From an uncultured Gammaproteobacteria bacterium (GTDB taxonomy: Bacteria > Pseudomonadota > Gammaproteobacteria > UBA9214), in assembly GCA_963824045.1 (NCBI GenBank), contig CAWGNW010000009.1, positions 4,709-68,708 on the forward strand: DNA of 64,000 nt. Reading direction: 5' to 3'. The notes beneath the pieces were generated by a model, which was not told the origin of the DNA, ran no database searches, and was given only the letters and a program-made list of their open reading frames with translations. Made by a program: the position numbers and the translations under genes. How positions within the stretch are numbered: the stretch's first letter is position 1; each line of letters opens with the position of its first letter. Positions 52,647-63,348 of this stretch are shown in pieces.

Positions 52647-53387
52647 ATGAAATATCTGTATATTTTTATGATCCTGAGCCTGCCTTTGATCTGTCGGGCA
52701 GATACCTATGAATCCACACTGCTGGTACAAACCGGTGAAATGCGAGAGGGTGACCTTATCGTGCGTACCGTCACCGATCTGGAAAGCAGCAGGATCTGTC
52801 TGGCATTTTATATTCGAACCACTGGCACGAGCCCCGTGATGAACTGTTACGATGCTGTTTCCGGATATGCTTCCAATATCAGTCAGGTCGGGAACTTCAA
52901 GGAAGAACAGCTGATTGTCCGTAAAATAAAGGATACCCTGAACGACATATCCTGCCTGGTGGCTTACGTGGGTACGCCTGGAACCTCTCCATCCATAGAC
53001 TGTTACAAAAGCAGGAAGTCCGCCACTGATGAGCTGGTGCGAGACGGGCACCTGCGGGAGGGCGATCTCGATATTTACCGGGTCGTGGACAAGGATAGTA
53101 CAAAGACCTGTCTGGTTGCCTATGTCTCTACCAGTGGTACCGCACCTTCACTGAAATGCTATAACAGCAATTCGGGAGGCAAGGGCGGACTGGTTCAGAG
53201 CAACTCTTTACGCAAGGGTGACCTCATTGTGCGCAAGATCGTCGATCACGCCAACCGGGAAGAATGTCTGATTTCCTATGTCAGTACAGAGGGCACTTCT
53301 CCGGGTATCAACTGTTTCGATGCTGTTTCCACTCCCCTGCGCAGTGTTCCTCCAACAGTATCCATCCCGGTTAGCCCGAAGCGTTGA
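52647..53387 (+). CDS. Secreted protein built from four tandem ~52-aa repeats (GDLIVR-x-V-D-x5-CL-x-YV-x-T-x-GTSP-x3-C[YF]), no known family
   Basis: Signal peptide MKYLYIFMILSLPLICRA. Four repeats each carry two conserved Cys. The gene lies in a lower-GC island. Confidence 0.6.
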   Translation: MKYLYIFMILSLPLICRADTYESTLLVQTGEMREGDLIVRTVTDLESSRICLAFYIRTTGTSPVMNCYDAVSGYASNISQVGNFKEEQLIVRKIKDTLNDISCLVAYVGTPGTSPSIDCYKSRKSATDELVRDGHLREGDLDIYRVVDKDSTKTCLVAYVSTSGTAPSLKCYNSNSGGKGGLVQSNSLRKGDLIVRKIVDHANREECLISYVSTEGTSPGINCFDAVSTPLRSVPPTVSIPVSPKR

Positions 53388-53985
53388 GTTCAACAGCCTG
53401 AATTGACGGCTGCACTTGATCCGGTTCGCCACGTTCTGCCACCACAACCCTGTCTTGCCCTGGAATGTCGACTTGCAGTTGCGAGATTGCGCTAAGGAGG
53501 AGGGTATTTATATCCCGGCAAATGTGGCGATGGCGGCAGGCTGGCGATCAGCGTTTCCCATGCACGTGCCGGCAGCAGGTATAACACGGCAGGCTTGTCA
53601 ATGTCCGTGCCGAACACCGAATCCCGTACAGGAAGACACGTGTCGGGGTCAGGGAGTGCAGAACTTCTTTCCACCAAACCTCACGATGAACAGTAAAGGC
53701 AGCGGAAACAAGATAAAAATTGTTCCTCTTTGGAAACCGATTCCATCCAGGAAGGCTTCCCTGTGACAGTTGCCTGCTACAAGAACAGGACACTCCCCTT
53801 GATCAGGCATGTACTGTATTTAATTTTTAAAAAACAAGGCAATACATTGACTGCCCTGATCCCCCGGTGTTCGGTGAACAAGCATATAGAGCTGAAATGG
53901 CCGGGCAGCGGCGCTGTTTGCCAGGCGCAGTCGGGTGTAATGGAGCGGCGGAGAGGTTCGACGCTCCGGGGAGCGTACTGCGCAA

Positions 53986-54011
53986 TGAAAAACGGCGACC
54001 CGGAGGTCGCC
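53986..54011 (-). terminator. Orphan rho-independent terminator (minus strand)
   Basis: Perfect 7-bp stem GGCGACC-cgga-GGTCGCC. Read on the minus strand it is followed by TTTTTC. No convincing CDS lies upstream of it on that strand. Confidence 0.4.
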
Positions 54012-54260
54012 GCGTAATGAATCCCCACCGTGAAAAAAGCACAATGATGTGCAAAAAAGCAGTGCGGACGAACTACAGGATAGCAGCTGGCAAATTGCAG
54101 TAATATTGTGGAGACTACGTAGCGTGAGGAATAAACTCCGGAAATCGCCTGACTGAACACATTGGCAGTAACCTGTGGATGGTATTCCGGCCATGCGTAA
54201 TAAATTCGCGGCTGCCAGTAATGCTGCGTACCTGCACCGATACCTTCAGGAAAATACCTC

Positions 54261-56504
54261 ATGTTGAGAAACCTCCTGTACCGCCTCCGTGCCGGCCGGT
54301 TGCCGGCCGGCTTGCTGGCTGCACTTGCAGCGTGCACCAGCCACGCTGCCGACTATGTCGGCGGCGAGGTTTGCCGCGGTTGTCATGCGGCGGAGTACAG
54401 CGCCTGGCAGGGCTCCCCTCACGACCTGGCCATGCAGACGGCAAGCGAGGCGACCGTACTGGGAGATTTCGACAATGCCAGTGTGACCCACTTCGGCGTG
54501 ACGACCTCCTTTTACAGGAAGGATGGCCGGTACATGGTTCGTACCGAGGGTCCGGACGGCAAGCTCCATGACTACGAAATCAGCTACACCTTCGGTGCCG
54601 TGCCGCTGCAGCAGTACCTGATCAAGTTCCCCGGCGGCCGCATGCAGGCGCTGAGCCTGGCCTGGGACAGCCGGCCGGAAGCGCAGGGCGGGCAGCGCTG
54701 GTTTCATCTCTATCCCGACGAGCAGATCAGCCACGATGATGAGTTGCACTGGACCCGACTCCGGCAGAACTGGAACAGCATGTGCGCGGAATGCCATGCA
54801 ACACACCTGGAGAAAAATTATGACCCGGTCGCCAGGACATTCGCGACCACGTGGTCGGAGATCGACGTGTCCTGTGAGGCATGCCATGGACCCGGCTCGG
54901 ACCACGTGGCGTGGGCAGGGCGCAAACCGGGTTGGGAAAAACTTGATGCCGGCAAGGGGCTGGCAATCGCGCTCGACGAACGCAAGGGTATCCAGTGGAA
55001 GATCGACGCGGCAAGTGGCAAGCCCGTTCGCAGTGAAACCCGCAGCAGTGTTCGGGAAATCGGGATGTGCGCCCGCTGTCATGCACGGCGCAGCCCGATA
55101 AGCACTGGCTATGTACATGGCGAGCCGTTGCTGGACCACTATCTCCCGCAGCTGCTGGAAGCCGGCATGTATTACCCCGATGGCCAGATTGAAGACGAGG
55201 TCTACGTCTACGGGTCATTTGTCCAGAGCCGGATGTACCATGCCGGTGTCACGTGCAGTGATTGCCACGAGCCGCACAGCTCGGCATTGCGGGTCGCCGG
55301 CAACGGCGTCTGCCTGCAGTGCCACCAGGCGGAAAAATATGATCAGCCCGGCCACCATTTCCACAAGCAGGAATCAGCGGGAGCGAGCTGTGCCGAGTGC
55401 CATATGCCGCCAAGGACCTACATGGTGGTCGACCCGCGCCATGACCACAGCATGCGCATTCCGCGCCCGGATCTGTCACTGAAACTCGGCACGCCCAACG
55501 CGTGCAACAATTGCCATAAGGACAAGGATGCCGGGTGGGCTGACACGCAGGTCAGGAACTGGTATGGCGCTGCACCGCAGGGTTTCCAGAGATTCGCACA
55601 GGGACTGTACGATGCACGGCATGATGCCGCGTCTGCCGGCACCACCCTGGCCGCGCTGATTCGGGACACGGAAACCCCTGATATTGCACGTGCGACTGCG
55701 CTTGCCGCGATAGGCCCGTACCTGGGTGCCGCCACGATTGACGTACTGCCGCTGGCGTTGTCGGATCCCGATCCGGGCGTGCGCGCGGCGGCTGTGGGCC
55801 TGCTGGAGCAAACGCCGTTGAACGTCCGGGTGCGTCTCGCCTTCCCGATGCTCGATGACCCTGTGCGCGCCGTGCGTATAGAAACCGCACGGGTGCTGGC
55901 GTCGATTCCGGCCGGCGAGCTGTCGACGCAGCAGCAGGCATCACTGGATGCGGCGCTGCAGGAATATGTCACGGCCCAGCAGGCCAGCGCGGAGCGGCCC
56001 GAGGCACAGACCAATCTCGGCAATCTGTATGCGATGCAGGGTAAGGAGGAGCAGGCGGTTGCCGCATATAACACGGCGATTGATCTTGATCCCGCCTATG
56101 TCCCGGCCTATGTGAACCTGGCTGACCTTTACCGCGCCGTGGGAAAGGAGGTGGACTCCGACAAGGTGCTGCGCCGGGCGGCCGTGATCGTGCCGGAAAA
56201 TGCGGCCATACACTATGCGCTGGGTTTGTCGCTGGTGCGGCAGCAGCGGACTGGTGAGGGTCTTGAGGAACTCCGCGAGGCTGTAACCATGAGCCCGGAG
56301 GATGCGCACTATGTTTATGTTTACGCGGTGGCGCTGAATTCAACCGGGAAGCCGGAACAGGCAATCCTGGTGTTGCAGGGCGCGTACAACCAGCACCCGA
56401 ATGACCGTGACATTCTGGGCGCCCTGGCAGCGTTCCACCGTGACATGGGGAATGAGGATGCGGCACGTGTCTATGCCGGGAAGTTGCGTGCGCTGGCGCC
56501 CTAG
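54261..56504 (+). CDS. Octahaem c-type cytochrome (cytochrome c554/multihaem family) fused to C-terminal TPR/HEAT-like repeats
   Basis: Signal peptide plus eight CXXCH motifs (CRGCH, CAECH, CEACH, CARCH, CSDCH, CLQCH, CAECH, CNNCH). TPR repeats occupy the last ~250 aa. Confidence 0.85.
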   Translation: MLRNLLYRLRAGRLPAGLLAALAACTSHAADYVGGEVCRGCHAAEYSAWQGSPHDLAMQTASEATVLGDFDNASVTHFGVTTSFYRKDGRYMVRTEGPDGKLHDYEISYTFGAVPLQQYLIKFPGGRMQALSLAWDSRPEAQGGQRWFHLYPDEQISHDDELHWTRLRQNWNSMCAECHATHLEKNYDPVARTFATTWSEIDVSCEACHGPGSDHVAWAGRKPGWEKLDAGKGLAIALDERKGIQWKIDAASGKPVRSETRSSVREIGMCARCHARRSPISTGYVHGEPLLDHYLPQLLEAGMYYPDGQIEDEVYVYGSFVQSRMYHAGVTCSDCHEPHSSALRVAGNGVCLQCHQAEKYDQPGHHFHKQESAGASCAECHMPPRTYMVVDPRHDHSMRIPRPDLSLKLGTPNACNNCHKDKDAGWADTQVRNWYGAAPQGFQRFAQGLYDARHDAASAGTTLAALIRDTETPDIARATALAAIGPYLGAATIDVLPLALSDPDPGVRAAAVGLLEQTPLNVRVRLAFPMLDDPVRAVRIETARVLASIPAGELSTQQQASLDAALQEYVTAQQASAERPEAQTNLGNLYAMQGKEEQAVAAYNTAIDLDPAYVPAYVNLADLYRAVGKEVDSDKVLRRAAVIVPENAAIHYALGLSLVRQQRTGEGLEELREAVTMSPEDAHYVYVYAVALNSTGKPEQAILVLQGAYNQHPNDRDILGALAAFHRDMGNEDAARVYAGKLRALAP

Positions 56505-56518
56505 GAGCCTGTCGGATA

Positions 56519-56607
56519 TATGGCCACGGAACCCACGGAAAAACACGGAAAGAAATAATACCCGCCAGAAACTTTTCCGTGTCCGTCCGTGGTTTCCGTG
56601 GTTATAG
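56519..56607. mobile_element. Second, shorter copy of the MITE-like inverted-repeat element
   Basis: ATGGCCACGGAACCCACGGAAAAACACGG ... CCGTGTCCGTCCGTGGTTTCCGTGGTTAT. The arms are homologous to the 18361-18503 element. Confidence 0.65.
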
Positions 56608-56640
56608 AGAAGGGTTGCCCCAATCATTGCATAAATCCTG

Positions 56641-56786
56641 CTGTAGGAGCGGCCTCTTTATGCCCGTTTTCCGGGTACTGGCCGCGATCGCGCCGAAGGA
56701 CGGCGCCTGTGCCCACTGGGGTGCTTGTGCCCACTGGGGTGCTTGTGCCCACTGGGGTGCTTGTGCCTACCGGGGTACTCCTACAG
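56641..56786. repeat. Inverted copy of the 7.2-7.5 kb repeat unit with three or four 18-bp tandem motifs, bounded by CTGTAGGAG / CTCCTACAG inverted ends
   Basis: The reverse complement matches TCCGGCGCGA..CGGGCATAAAGAG.CCGCTCCTAC, and CACCCCAGTGGGCACAAG x3 matches CACCCCAATGGGCACAAG with one difference. Confidence 0.8.
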
Positions 56787-57000
56787 TACAGGTCCAGAAT
56801 CGCACTACCGGTGAATTCCGGAATCACTACACCGGGATGAATCTCGTCCTGTCAATCAGCTGTCGAAACCGGATTACACCCCGGGTTTATGCAACTACCG
56901 GGTTGATTCTCTGCTTAACCAGTCAACATCCGGTATTTTCAAGTTGAAAAAATTCCAGCGACCGACGCTCACTGGTTTCTGAAAGGCAGGCGCAGCCGGG

Positions 57001-58662
57001 TCAGTTTTCCATTTGCAAGGCAGTTGCTGGTCCCGGCGGCTGCGCCCCGGCAGGTTCCCGGAGCCGTTCCCAGGCATGCCGGGCAAAACCCGACCCGGCC
57101 TCTGCAAGGACGTAGTAGCTCTCCACCCCGATTGCCGCCAGATCCTGCACCTGGTCAGGATAGATGGCGGTGGCGGCGATCTTGCCCCTGAAATTTTCCT
57201 GCTGCAGCTGCGCAATGGCGTCCAGGTTGGTCCGGTGGTTGCTCAGGGTCACAAGCACCAGCTCGATGTTTTCTGACTCACGGTCTATCCGACTGGTGAA
57301 ATCCGGGTTGGCCGCGTCGCCAAGGATGACACGGCGTCCCGCGGTCAGCTGGCGCGCGACCACGCCGGGATCGGAGTCGATGCCCAGCACGGTGTCGCCG
57401 CAGGTGGTTTTCAGGTAATCGTAGGCACCGCTGCCAACCCTGCCCATGCCAAGAATGGCCACCCTGGCGCCGGCAAGGCTGACGGTTTCATCCCCGGGCA
57501 GGCGCTGCGGACGCTCAAAGCGTCGCAGCAGCTTGCGATAGCGGGCGTACAGGACATCCGCCTTGCTGTTGAGCGGAGCCGACAGGATAAACGAGCAGGA
57601 CAGGGCTACCGCGATCAGGACCAGCCAGTCACTGTCCAGCCAGCCATGCCTGATGGCGATGGCGCCGACAATCAGGCCGAACTCGCTGTAGTTTGCGAGA
57701 TACAGTGCGGTCAGCGTCGAGGTGCGCGCGCGCAGCCGGAAGCGCGCCGCCAGCCAGAAGTATAACGCCGTCTTTACCGGCAGCAGGGCCAGCAGCAGCA
57801 ACAGGGCAGGCAGTATCCCGATCCCCGGCAGCCCGATCAGCCCGATATTCAGGAAGAAGCCGATCAGGAACAGTTCCTTGAAGTTCAGCAGGGCCCTGGC
57901 AAGCTCATTGGTCTTGGTATGCCCGGACAGCAGCAGCCCGAGGATCAGGGCCCCGAAATCGCCCTTGATCCCGACCAGTTCAAACAGCGCGGCGCCGCCT
58001 AGGGCCAGGACGAATCCGTAAAGGATCAACAGCTCACCGTGGCCGGCCCGCTGCAGCATTGCCAGCAACAGGCGGCGTGCCGGGATCAGCAGCAGCAGGC
58101 CGAACGCCCAGGGCGAGGGGGTCTTGCCGGTGGAAATCGCCAGGAAGGCGACGGCAGCGATGTCCTGCATGATCAGGATGCCGATGGCAAGCTGGCCGTG
58201 ACGCGACGCTATAGCGCTTTTTTCTTCCAGGACCTTGACGGCGAACACCGTGCTGGAGAAGCTCAGCGCGAAGCCGACAAGCAGTGCCTGCTGCATGCCG
58301 AAATGTGCAAAGAAAGCCAGCGGCAACAGGGTGAGCGTCAGTAGCAGCGATGCCAGCAGCAGCACCATGATGAGCATGTGCGCCAGTGCCAGACCCCAGA
58401 CCTGGGGCTTCAGCAGCTTCCCGACCTGCAGTTTCAGGCCGATGGAAAACAGCAACAGCGTCACGCCCAGGTCGGCAATCTCGTCAAGGAAGCTGCCGCC
58501 CTCGGCGCCTGCCCAGTTAAGCGCAAAGCCGGCCAGCAGAAAGCCTACCAATGGTGGCAGCCCCACCTGGAGGACGGCCATGCCCAGCGCAAAGGCGACC
58601 GCTATCCAGATGGGGTCATGGTAATCGAGTGAGCTGAACAGCGCGTCCATATCGGGGATCAT
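57001..58662 (-). CDS. Monovalent cation:proton antiporter-2 (CPA2) family K+/H+ exchanger with C-terminal RCK/TrkA-N domain (KefB/KefC-like)
   Basis: About 12 TM helices, then the Rossmann motif ILGMGRVGSGA. 553 aa. Confidence 0.85.
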   Translation of the reverse strand: MIPDMDALFSSLDYHDPIWIAVAFALGMAVLQVGLPPLVGFLLAGFALNWAGAEGGSFLDEIADLGVTLLLFSIGLKLQVGKLLKPQVWGLALAHMLIMVLLLASLLLTLTLLPLAFFAHFGMQQALLVGFALSFSSTVFAVKVLEEKSAIASRHGQLAIGILIMQDIAAVAFLAISTGKTPSPWAFGLLLLIPARRLLLAMLQRAGHGELLILYGFVLALGGAALFELVGIKGDFGALILGLLLSGHTKTNELARALLNFKELFLIGFFLNIGLIGLPGIGILPALLLLLALLPVKTALYFWLAARFRLRARTSTLTALYLANYSEFGLIVGAIAIRHGWLDSDWLVLIAVALSCSFILSAPLNSKADVLYARYRKLLRRFERPQRLPGDETVSLAGARVAILGMGRVGSGAYDYLKTTCGDTVLGIDSDPGVVARQLTAGRRVILGDAANPDFTSRIDRESENIELVLVTLSNHRTNLDAIAQLQQENFRGKIAATAIYPDQVQDLAAIGVESYYVLAEAGSGFARHAWERLREPAGAQPPGPATALQMEN

Positions 58663-58776
58663 AACAAACCCGGCACGACCCCGGCGGCGGTTCCGGAGAA
58701 GCGGACCTGTCAGTTGCGCCCCGCCTGGCAGGGCAGAAAGATTCGCGCTGGCGCGGCCCGGATACGGTCTTGCAGG

Positions 58777-59361
58777 CTAGTCGACGTATTCAAACAGCTT
58801 GACGATTTTCTGCACGCCACCGACCTGGCGCGCCGCGTCGGTGACGGTATCAGCTTCGCTGTGTGTCAGGATGCCCATGAGATAGACGATGCCGTTCTCG
58901 CTGACGACCTTGACGCGCGTCGGGTCGAAGTTCTCGTGGTCCCTGATAGTGAACATCCTGGCCTTGACCTTGGCGGTTATCAGGGCGTCGCTGCTGCGGG
59001 TCATGTAGGAATTCGGCGCGGCAATCGTCATCTCGTTGTGAATCATGCGCACCTTGGGAACAGTCGAGACGAGTTCCTCCGCCCGCTGGCGCATCGCGTC
59101 CGTGGGGGCCTGGCCAACCAGCAGGACCACGCCGTTGATGCTGATGATGTTGATGTGAATCTGGCTGTTGAGTTCCTTGTCATCGAAGATGGCGAGGCGT
59201 GCCTTCAGTTCGATGCCCTCGTCATCTATGAAGGTGCCCACGGTGCGCCGGTCATGCACGGCCGTGGCACCGGTCGCCGCGCCGCCGACAACGGCGGCCG
59301 CACACCCGCAGAGCAGGCTGATGGTGAGTGAAACGACGAGCAGGGCATTGAGTGGCTTCAT
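58777..59361 (-). CDS. dolP: Outer-membrane lipoprotein DolP/YraP (two BON domains)
   Basis: Lipobox LLCGCAA plus two BON domains. Collinear with E. coli YraP. Confidence 0.8.
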   Translation of the reverse strand: MKPLNALLVVSLTISLLCGCAAAVVGGAATGATAVHDRRTVGTFIDDEGIELKARLAIFDDKELNSQIHINIISINGVVLLVGQAPTDAMRQRAEELVSTVPKVRMIHNEMTIAAPNSYMTRSSDALITAKVKARMFTIRDHENFDPTRVKVVSENGIVYLMGILTHSEADTVTDAARQVGGVQKIVKLFEYVD

Positions 59362-59365
59362 GGAT

Positions 59366-59971
<606 letters not shown>

Positions 59972-60331
59972 TTACTCCCCCGCACCAAAGGCATTACGGA
60001 TCCACTCTATCGATTCGTCCGGGCCGCCGACAGATATCACGTCAAAGCGGCACGGCTGTTGCGCGATTTCGGGATAGGCCTGCATATAGGTCTGTGCGCA
60101 GGCGATGAGTTTTGACTGCTTGCGCCGGTCGACGCTTTCCGCGCCCGAACCAAACCGGGATTCGCGGCGGTAGCGTACCTCGACGAATACCAGGCTGTCC
60201 TGGTCCTGCAGCACCAGGTCGATCTCCCCGCGGCGGCTGCGAAAGTTCCGCTGCAGCAGACGCAGTCCCCTGGACTGCAGGTACTGCCAGGCACGGGTCT
60301 CGGCCTCCCTGCCGCGGGTCGTGGTATCCAT
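59972..60331 (-). CDS. yraN: YraN family (UPF0102) putative endonuclease
   Basis: GEIDLVLQD...LVFVEVRYRR...RFDVISV. Confidence 0.75.
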   Translation of the reverse strand: MDTTTRGREAETRAWQYLQSRGLRLLQRNFRSRRGEIDLVLQDQDSLVFVEVRYRRESRFGSGAESVDRRKQSKLIACAQTYMQAYPEIAQQPCRFDVISVGGPDESIEWIRNAFGAGE

Positions 60332-60333
60332 GT

Positions 60334-62259
60334 TCAGAATGCTGCTGGCGCCGCAGCGTCTGTGGTGTCCCTGGCGGTTTCCAGCAGCACCGGCATGCCG
60401 TTTCTGAAGCGTGCACATCGCAGGCTGCGGTTGATCACCCCGCGGTTGTCCAGGGAGAGATTTCCGGTGACGCCGTGGTAGGCGCCAAACATGCTGCCCC
60501 CGAGTTCACCCAGGTAGGGGACGATGCGCCAGGCATCGATGCCCAGTGCATACAGCCGGGAATAGCGCGTTGCGTTCGGGCCCCAGTATTCGCTGATGCC
60601 TTGCTGCAGGTGTTTCCAGTTGTTGCCGCTGTCCAGCACCCAGGGCATGTCGCAAAAGGTGATGCCATCCATGTCTGCATCCGTGGATGCGTTCGGGGTA
60701 CCGCCATATACCTGGGAGGTTGCGTAGACCGGCACACTGGTGGCCCGGAAAAAACTCAGTTGCGGGCGAATCAGGCGCGCCTGCCCGGGGGAGGCTACCA
60801 GGAAAATCATGTCCACGTCCTGGCGGCGGCGGGGTTCAAAGTCCAGCTGGCGCCCGAGATGTGCGGAGAGCTGCTTGTGGCGGGCAATGCTGTTGTCGAG
60901 GTTCAGCGCGGCGCTGATGACCTTGCTGTGGTCCGTTTTGGCGGACTCGTAGCGTTGCGTTTCAAGGATAACACCGCCGAGAGACTGCCATTCCCCGGCG
61001 AAAGCCGCATAGACCCGTTCTCCCCATTCGGTGTCGGGCAACAGCGCGACGCAATGGGTGTAGCCTTCTCGCCATGCCCGCCTGGCCGCTTCGCGTGCCT
61101 CGTCCTCGGGCGCCAGACCAAACTGGAAGCGACCCGTGGTATCGGGCAGGGCTGTTTCTATCTGGTTCAGGGCCAGCACCGGCACCGGCAGGGCCGGCTG
61201 GCTCAATACGGCCTCAACCGCTTCCTTGCGCAGCGGGCCGATCACGAATTCAGCACCCTCAGCAACGGCCTGCCGGTAGCCGGCCAGGGCGGTTTCCGGC
61301 AGGTCGCCGCTGTCGTAGATACGCAGCTGCGGCTGCACTCCCGGCGCCGGGGTGTCGTAGTAGGCCGCGAGGACGCCGTCACGCACCGCGCTGGCGGCGT
61401 CGGCCAGGGTTCCATTGAGGGGCAGCAGCAGGGCGATGCTGGCGGGTGGCCGGCCGGCCTGGCGCATGGTATCCAGCAGTCTGGCGACGAATGCCGGGCT
61501 GGCGGGGTGGCCCGGATAGCGTTGCTGCCACTGCGGAATGACAACCGCCAGCGCGTCCGGCTGCTGCAGGTACAGGCGCGTCAGTTCCATCAGCTCCAGC
61601 CAGCCGCTGAGCGCGTCCGGCGGCGGTGCGCTGCGGTATTGCTGCAACTCGGCATCGGTCAGGTTGTTGAGCGTTTCCCACAATTGCGTGTTGTTTTCCA
61701 GCTGCGCGTCCGAATCCTGCAGGTTATTGCCCAGCAGCACGCGTTCCCTGGCGCTCAGCAGGTACTCCGACTTTTGCGCGTAGGCGGCGGCACGCACGCG
61801 GTGGTATGCGGCGATATGCGGACCGCTGGCAGGTACGCTGGCCAGCAACGCCAGGGCAATGTCGGGGTGTTGTTGCGCGACGGCGATTGCGGCCCGGTTG
61901 AGGTCGTAGAGCTGACCGTCTGTTGCATCCAGCATCATTCTCGGGATGGCATCCAGCAGGCTCTCCGCGCGCAACAGGTCGTCACCGCGAATCAGGATGG
62001 CGGCGGCCTGCAGGTTAAGATGGTATTGTTCCGGCGGGACCGCCCGGGCTGCTGCCTGCAGGTAGACTTCCGCCGCACCCTGGTAGTTGCCGGCAGCCTC
62101 CAGTGCTACGGCCTGCAGCTGCAGGTGGTCATCGGCCGCCGGTGCGCCGGGGCGAATTCCACCGCTGCAGCCGACCAGCAGCACTGCCGCCAGCAGTACT
62201 GCCGCCAGCAGTTGTTGGCGAAACGGCGCCAGGCATGCGTTCAGGGTCGGGAGCGGCAA
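60334..62259 (-). CDS. lpoA: Penicillin-binding protein activator LpoA (lipoprotein with TPR N-domain and periplasmic-binding-like C-domain)
   Basis: Lipobox LLVGCSG. Its size and the conserved lpoA-yraN-diaA-dolP order support the call. Confidence 0.75.
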   Translation of the reverse strand: MPLPTLNACLAPFRQQLLAAVLLAAVLLVGCSGGIRPGAPAADDHLQLQAVALEAAGNYQGAAEVYLQAAARAVPPEQYHLNLQAAAILIRGDDLLRAESLLDAIPRMMLDATDGQLYDLNRAAIAVAQQHPDIALALLASVPASGPHIAAYHRVRAAAYAQKSEYLLSARERVLLGNNLQDSDAQLENNTQLWETLNNLTDAELQQYRSAPPPDALSGWLELMELTRLYLQQPDALAVVIPQWQQRYPGHPASPAFVARLLDTMRQAGRPPASIALLLPLNGTLADAASAVRDGVLAAYYDTPAPGVQPQLRIYDSGDLPETALAGYRQAVAEGAEFVIGPLRKEAVEAVLSQPALPVPVLALNQIETALPDTTGRFQFGLAPEDEAREAARRAWREGYTHCVALLPDTEWGERVYAAFAGEWQSLGGVILETQRYESAKTDHSKVISAALNLDNSIARHKQLSAHLGRQLDFEPRRRQDVDMIFLVASPGQARLIRPQLSFFRATSVPVYATSQVYGGTPNASTDADMDGITFCDMPWVLDSGNNWKHLQQGISEYWGPNATRYSRLYALGIDAWRIVPYLGELGGSMFGAYHGVTGNLSLDNRGVINRSLRCARFRNGMPVLLETARDTTDAAAPAAF

Positions 62260-62382
62260 TCTGCATAGATTAAGGAAACGACAAAAGGTTGCGGTGACTC
62301 TACTGAAAACCCGCTAGCACGTCCACCTCAAAAACAGGCGCGGCAGTATGCCGCCGTGAATATTTGCTAGGATGGGTGCACC

Positions 62383-63256
62383 ATGAATTCCGGCAACAGG
62401 ACACCTGGCGTACTCTACGTGGTCGCCACACCCATCGGTAACCTGCTGGACATCACCCGGCGTGCGCTGGAGATCCTGCAGTCGGTGTCACTGGTTGCGG
62501 CGGAAGATACCCGGCACAGCAGGAAGCTGTTGCTGCATTACGGCATCGGTACCCCGCTGCTGGCCCTGCACGAGCATAATGAACGGGCGGCCACGGCCGG
62601 TTTGCTCCGCAGGCTGGACGCGGGGGCGGACATCGCACTGGTGTCGGATGCGGGTACGCCACTGATCAGCGATCCGGGCTTTTACCTGGTGCGAACAGCA
62701 CGCGCAGGCAGGGCTGCGGGTGGTGCCGGTACCCGGACCCTCAGCCCTGACTGCCGCCCTGTCGGTTGCCGGCCTGCCGACCGACCGCTTTATTTTCGAG
62801 GGCTTCTTGCCGGCGAAACAGGCGGCGCGCCGCCAGCGCCTGCTGGAACTGCAGGACGCCACGGCGACAGTGGTCTTTTACGAATCCAGCCACCGTATCC
62901 TGGCGAGCCTTGGCGACATGCTGGCGCTGTTCGGCGCAGATCGCGAGGCCACGCTTGCCCGGGAACTGACCAAGACCTTCGAGACCATCCGCCAGGCAAG
63001 CCTGGCAGAACTGCTTGCCTGGGTGGCGGCGGACAGTGACCAGCAGAAAGGCGAATTTGTCGTGCTGGTTCACGGTGCTGCAAAAATTGCCGCCACGGAA
63101 ATCGACTCAGGCACCGACCGGATGCTGCGCGTGCTGATGGCGGAGCTGCCGCTGCGGCAGGCCGCATCCCTTGCCGCGCAAATCAGCGGCATCGGCAGGA
63201 ATGTCCTGTACGCGTATGCACTGCGAATGAAGGAGCAGGCTCCTAGGGCGTTGTAA
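62383..63256 (+). CDS. rsmI: 16S rRNA (cytidine1402-2'-O)-methyltransferase, with apparent indel near 62700-62712
   Basis: Frame 1 reads [16 protein letters not shown]...[22 protein letters not shown]. The +1 frame continues [37 protein letters not shown]... Both are collinear with E. coli RsmI. Confidence 0.8.
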
Positions 63257-63348
63257 CCGCATCCCCGGATTTCGCGGTGCTCCATTCGGGCTACCGGATT
63301 ATTCACGTTTCACATATTACTTTTTCACTGTTCCTGCGTGTGTCGGTC

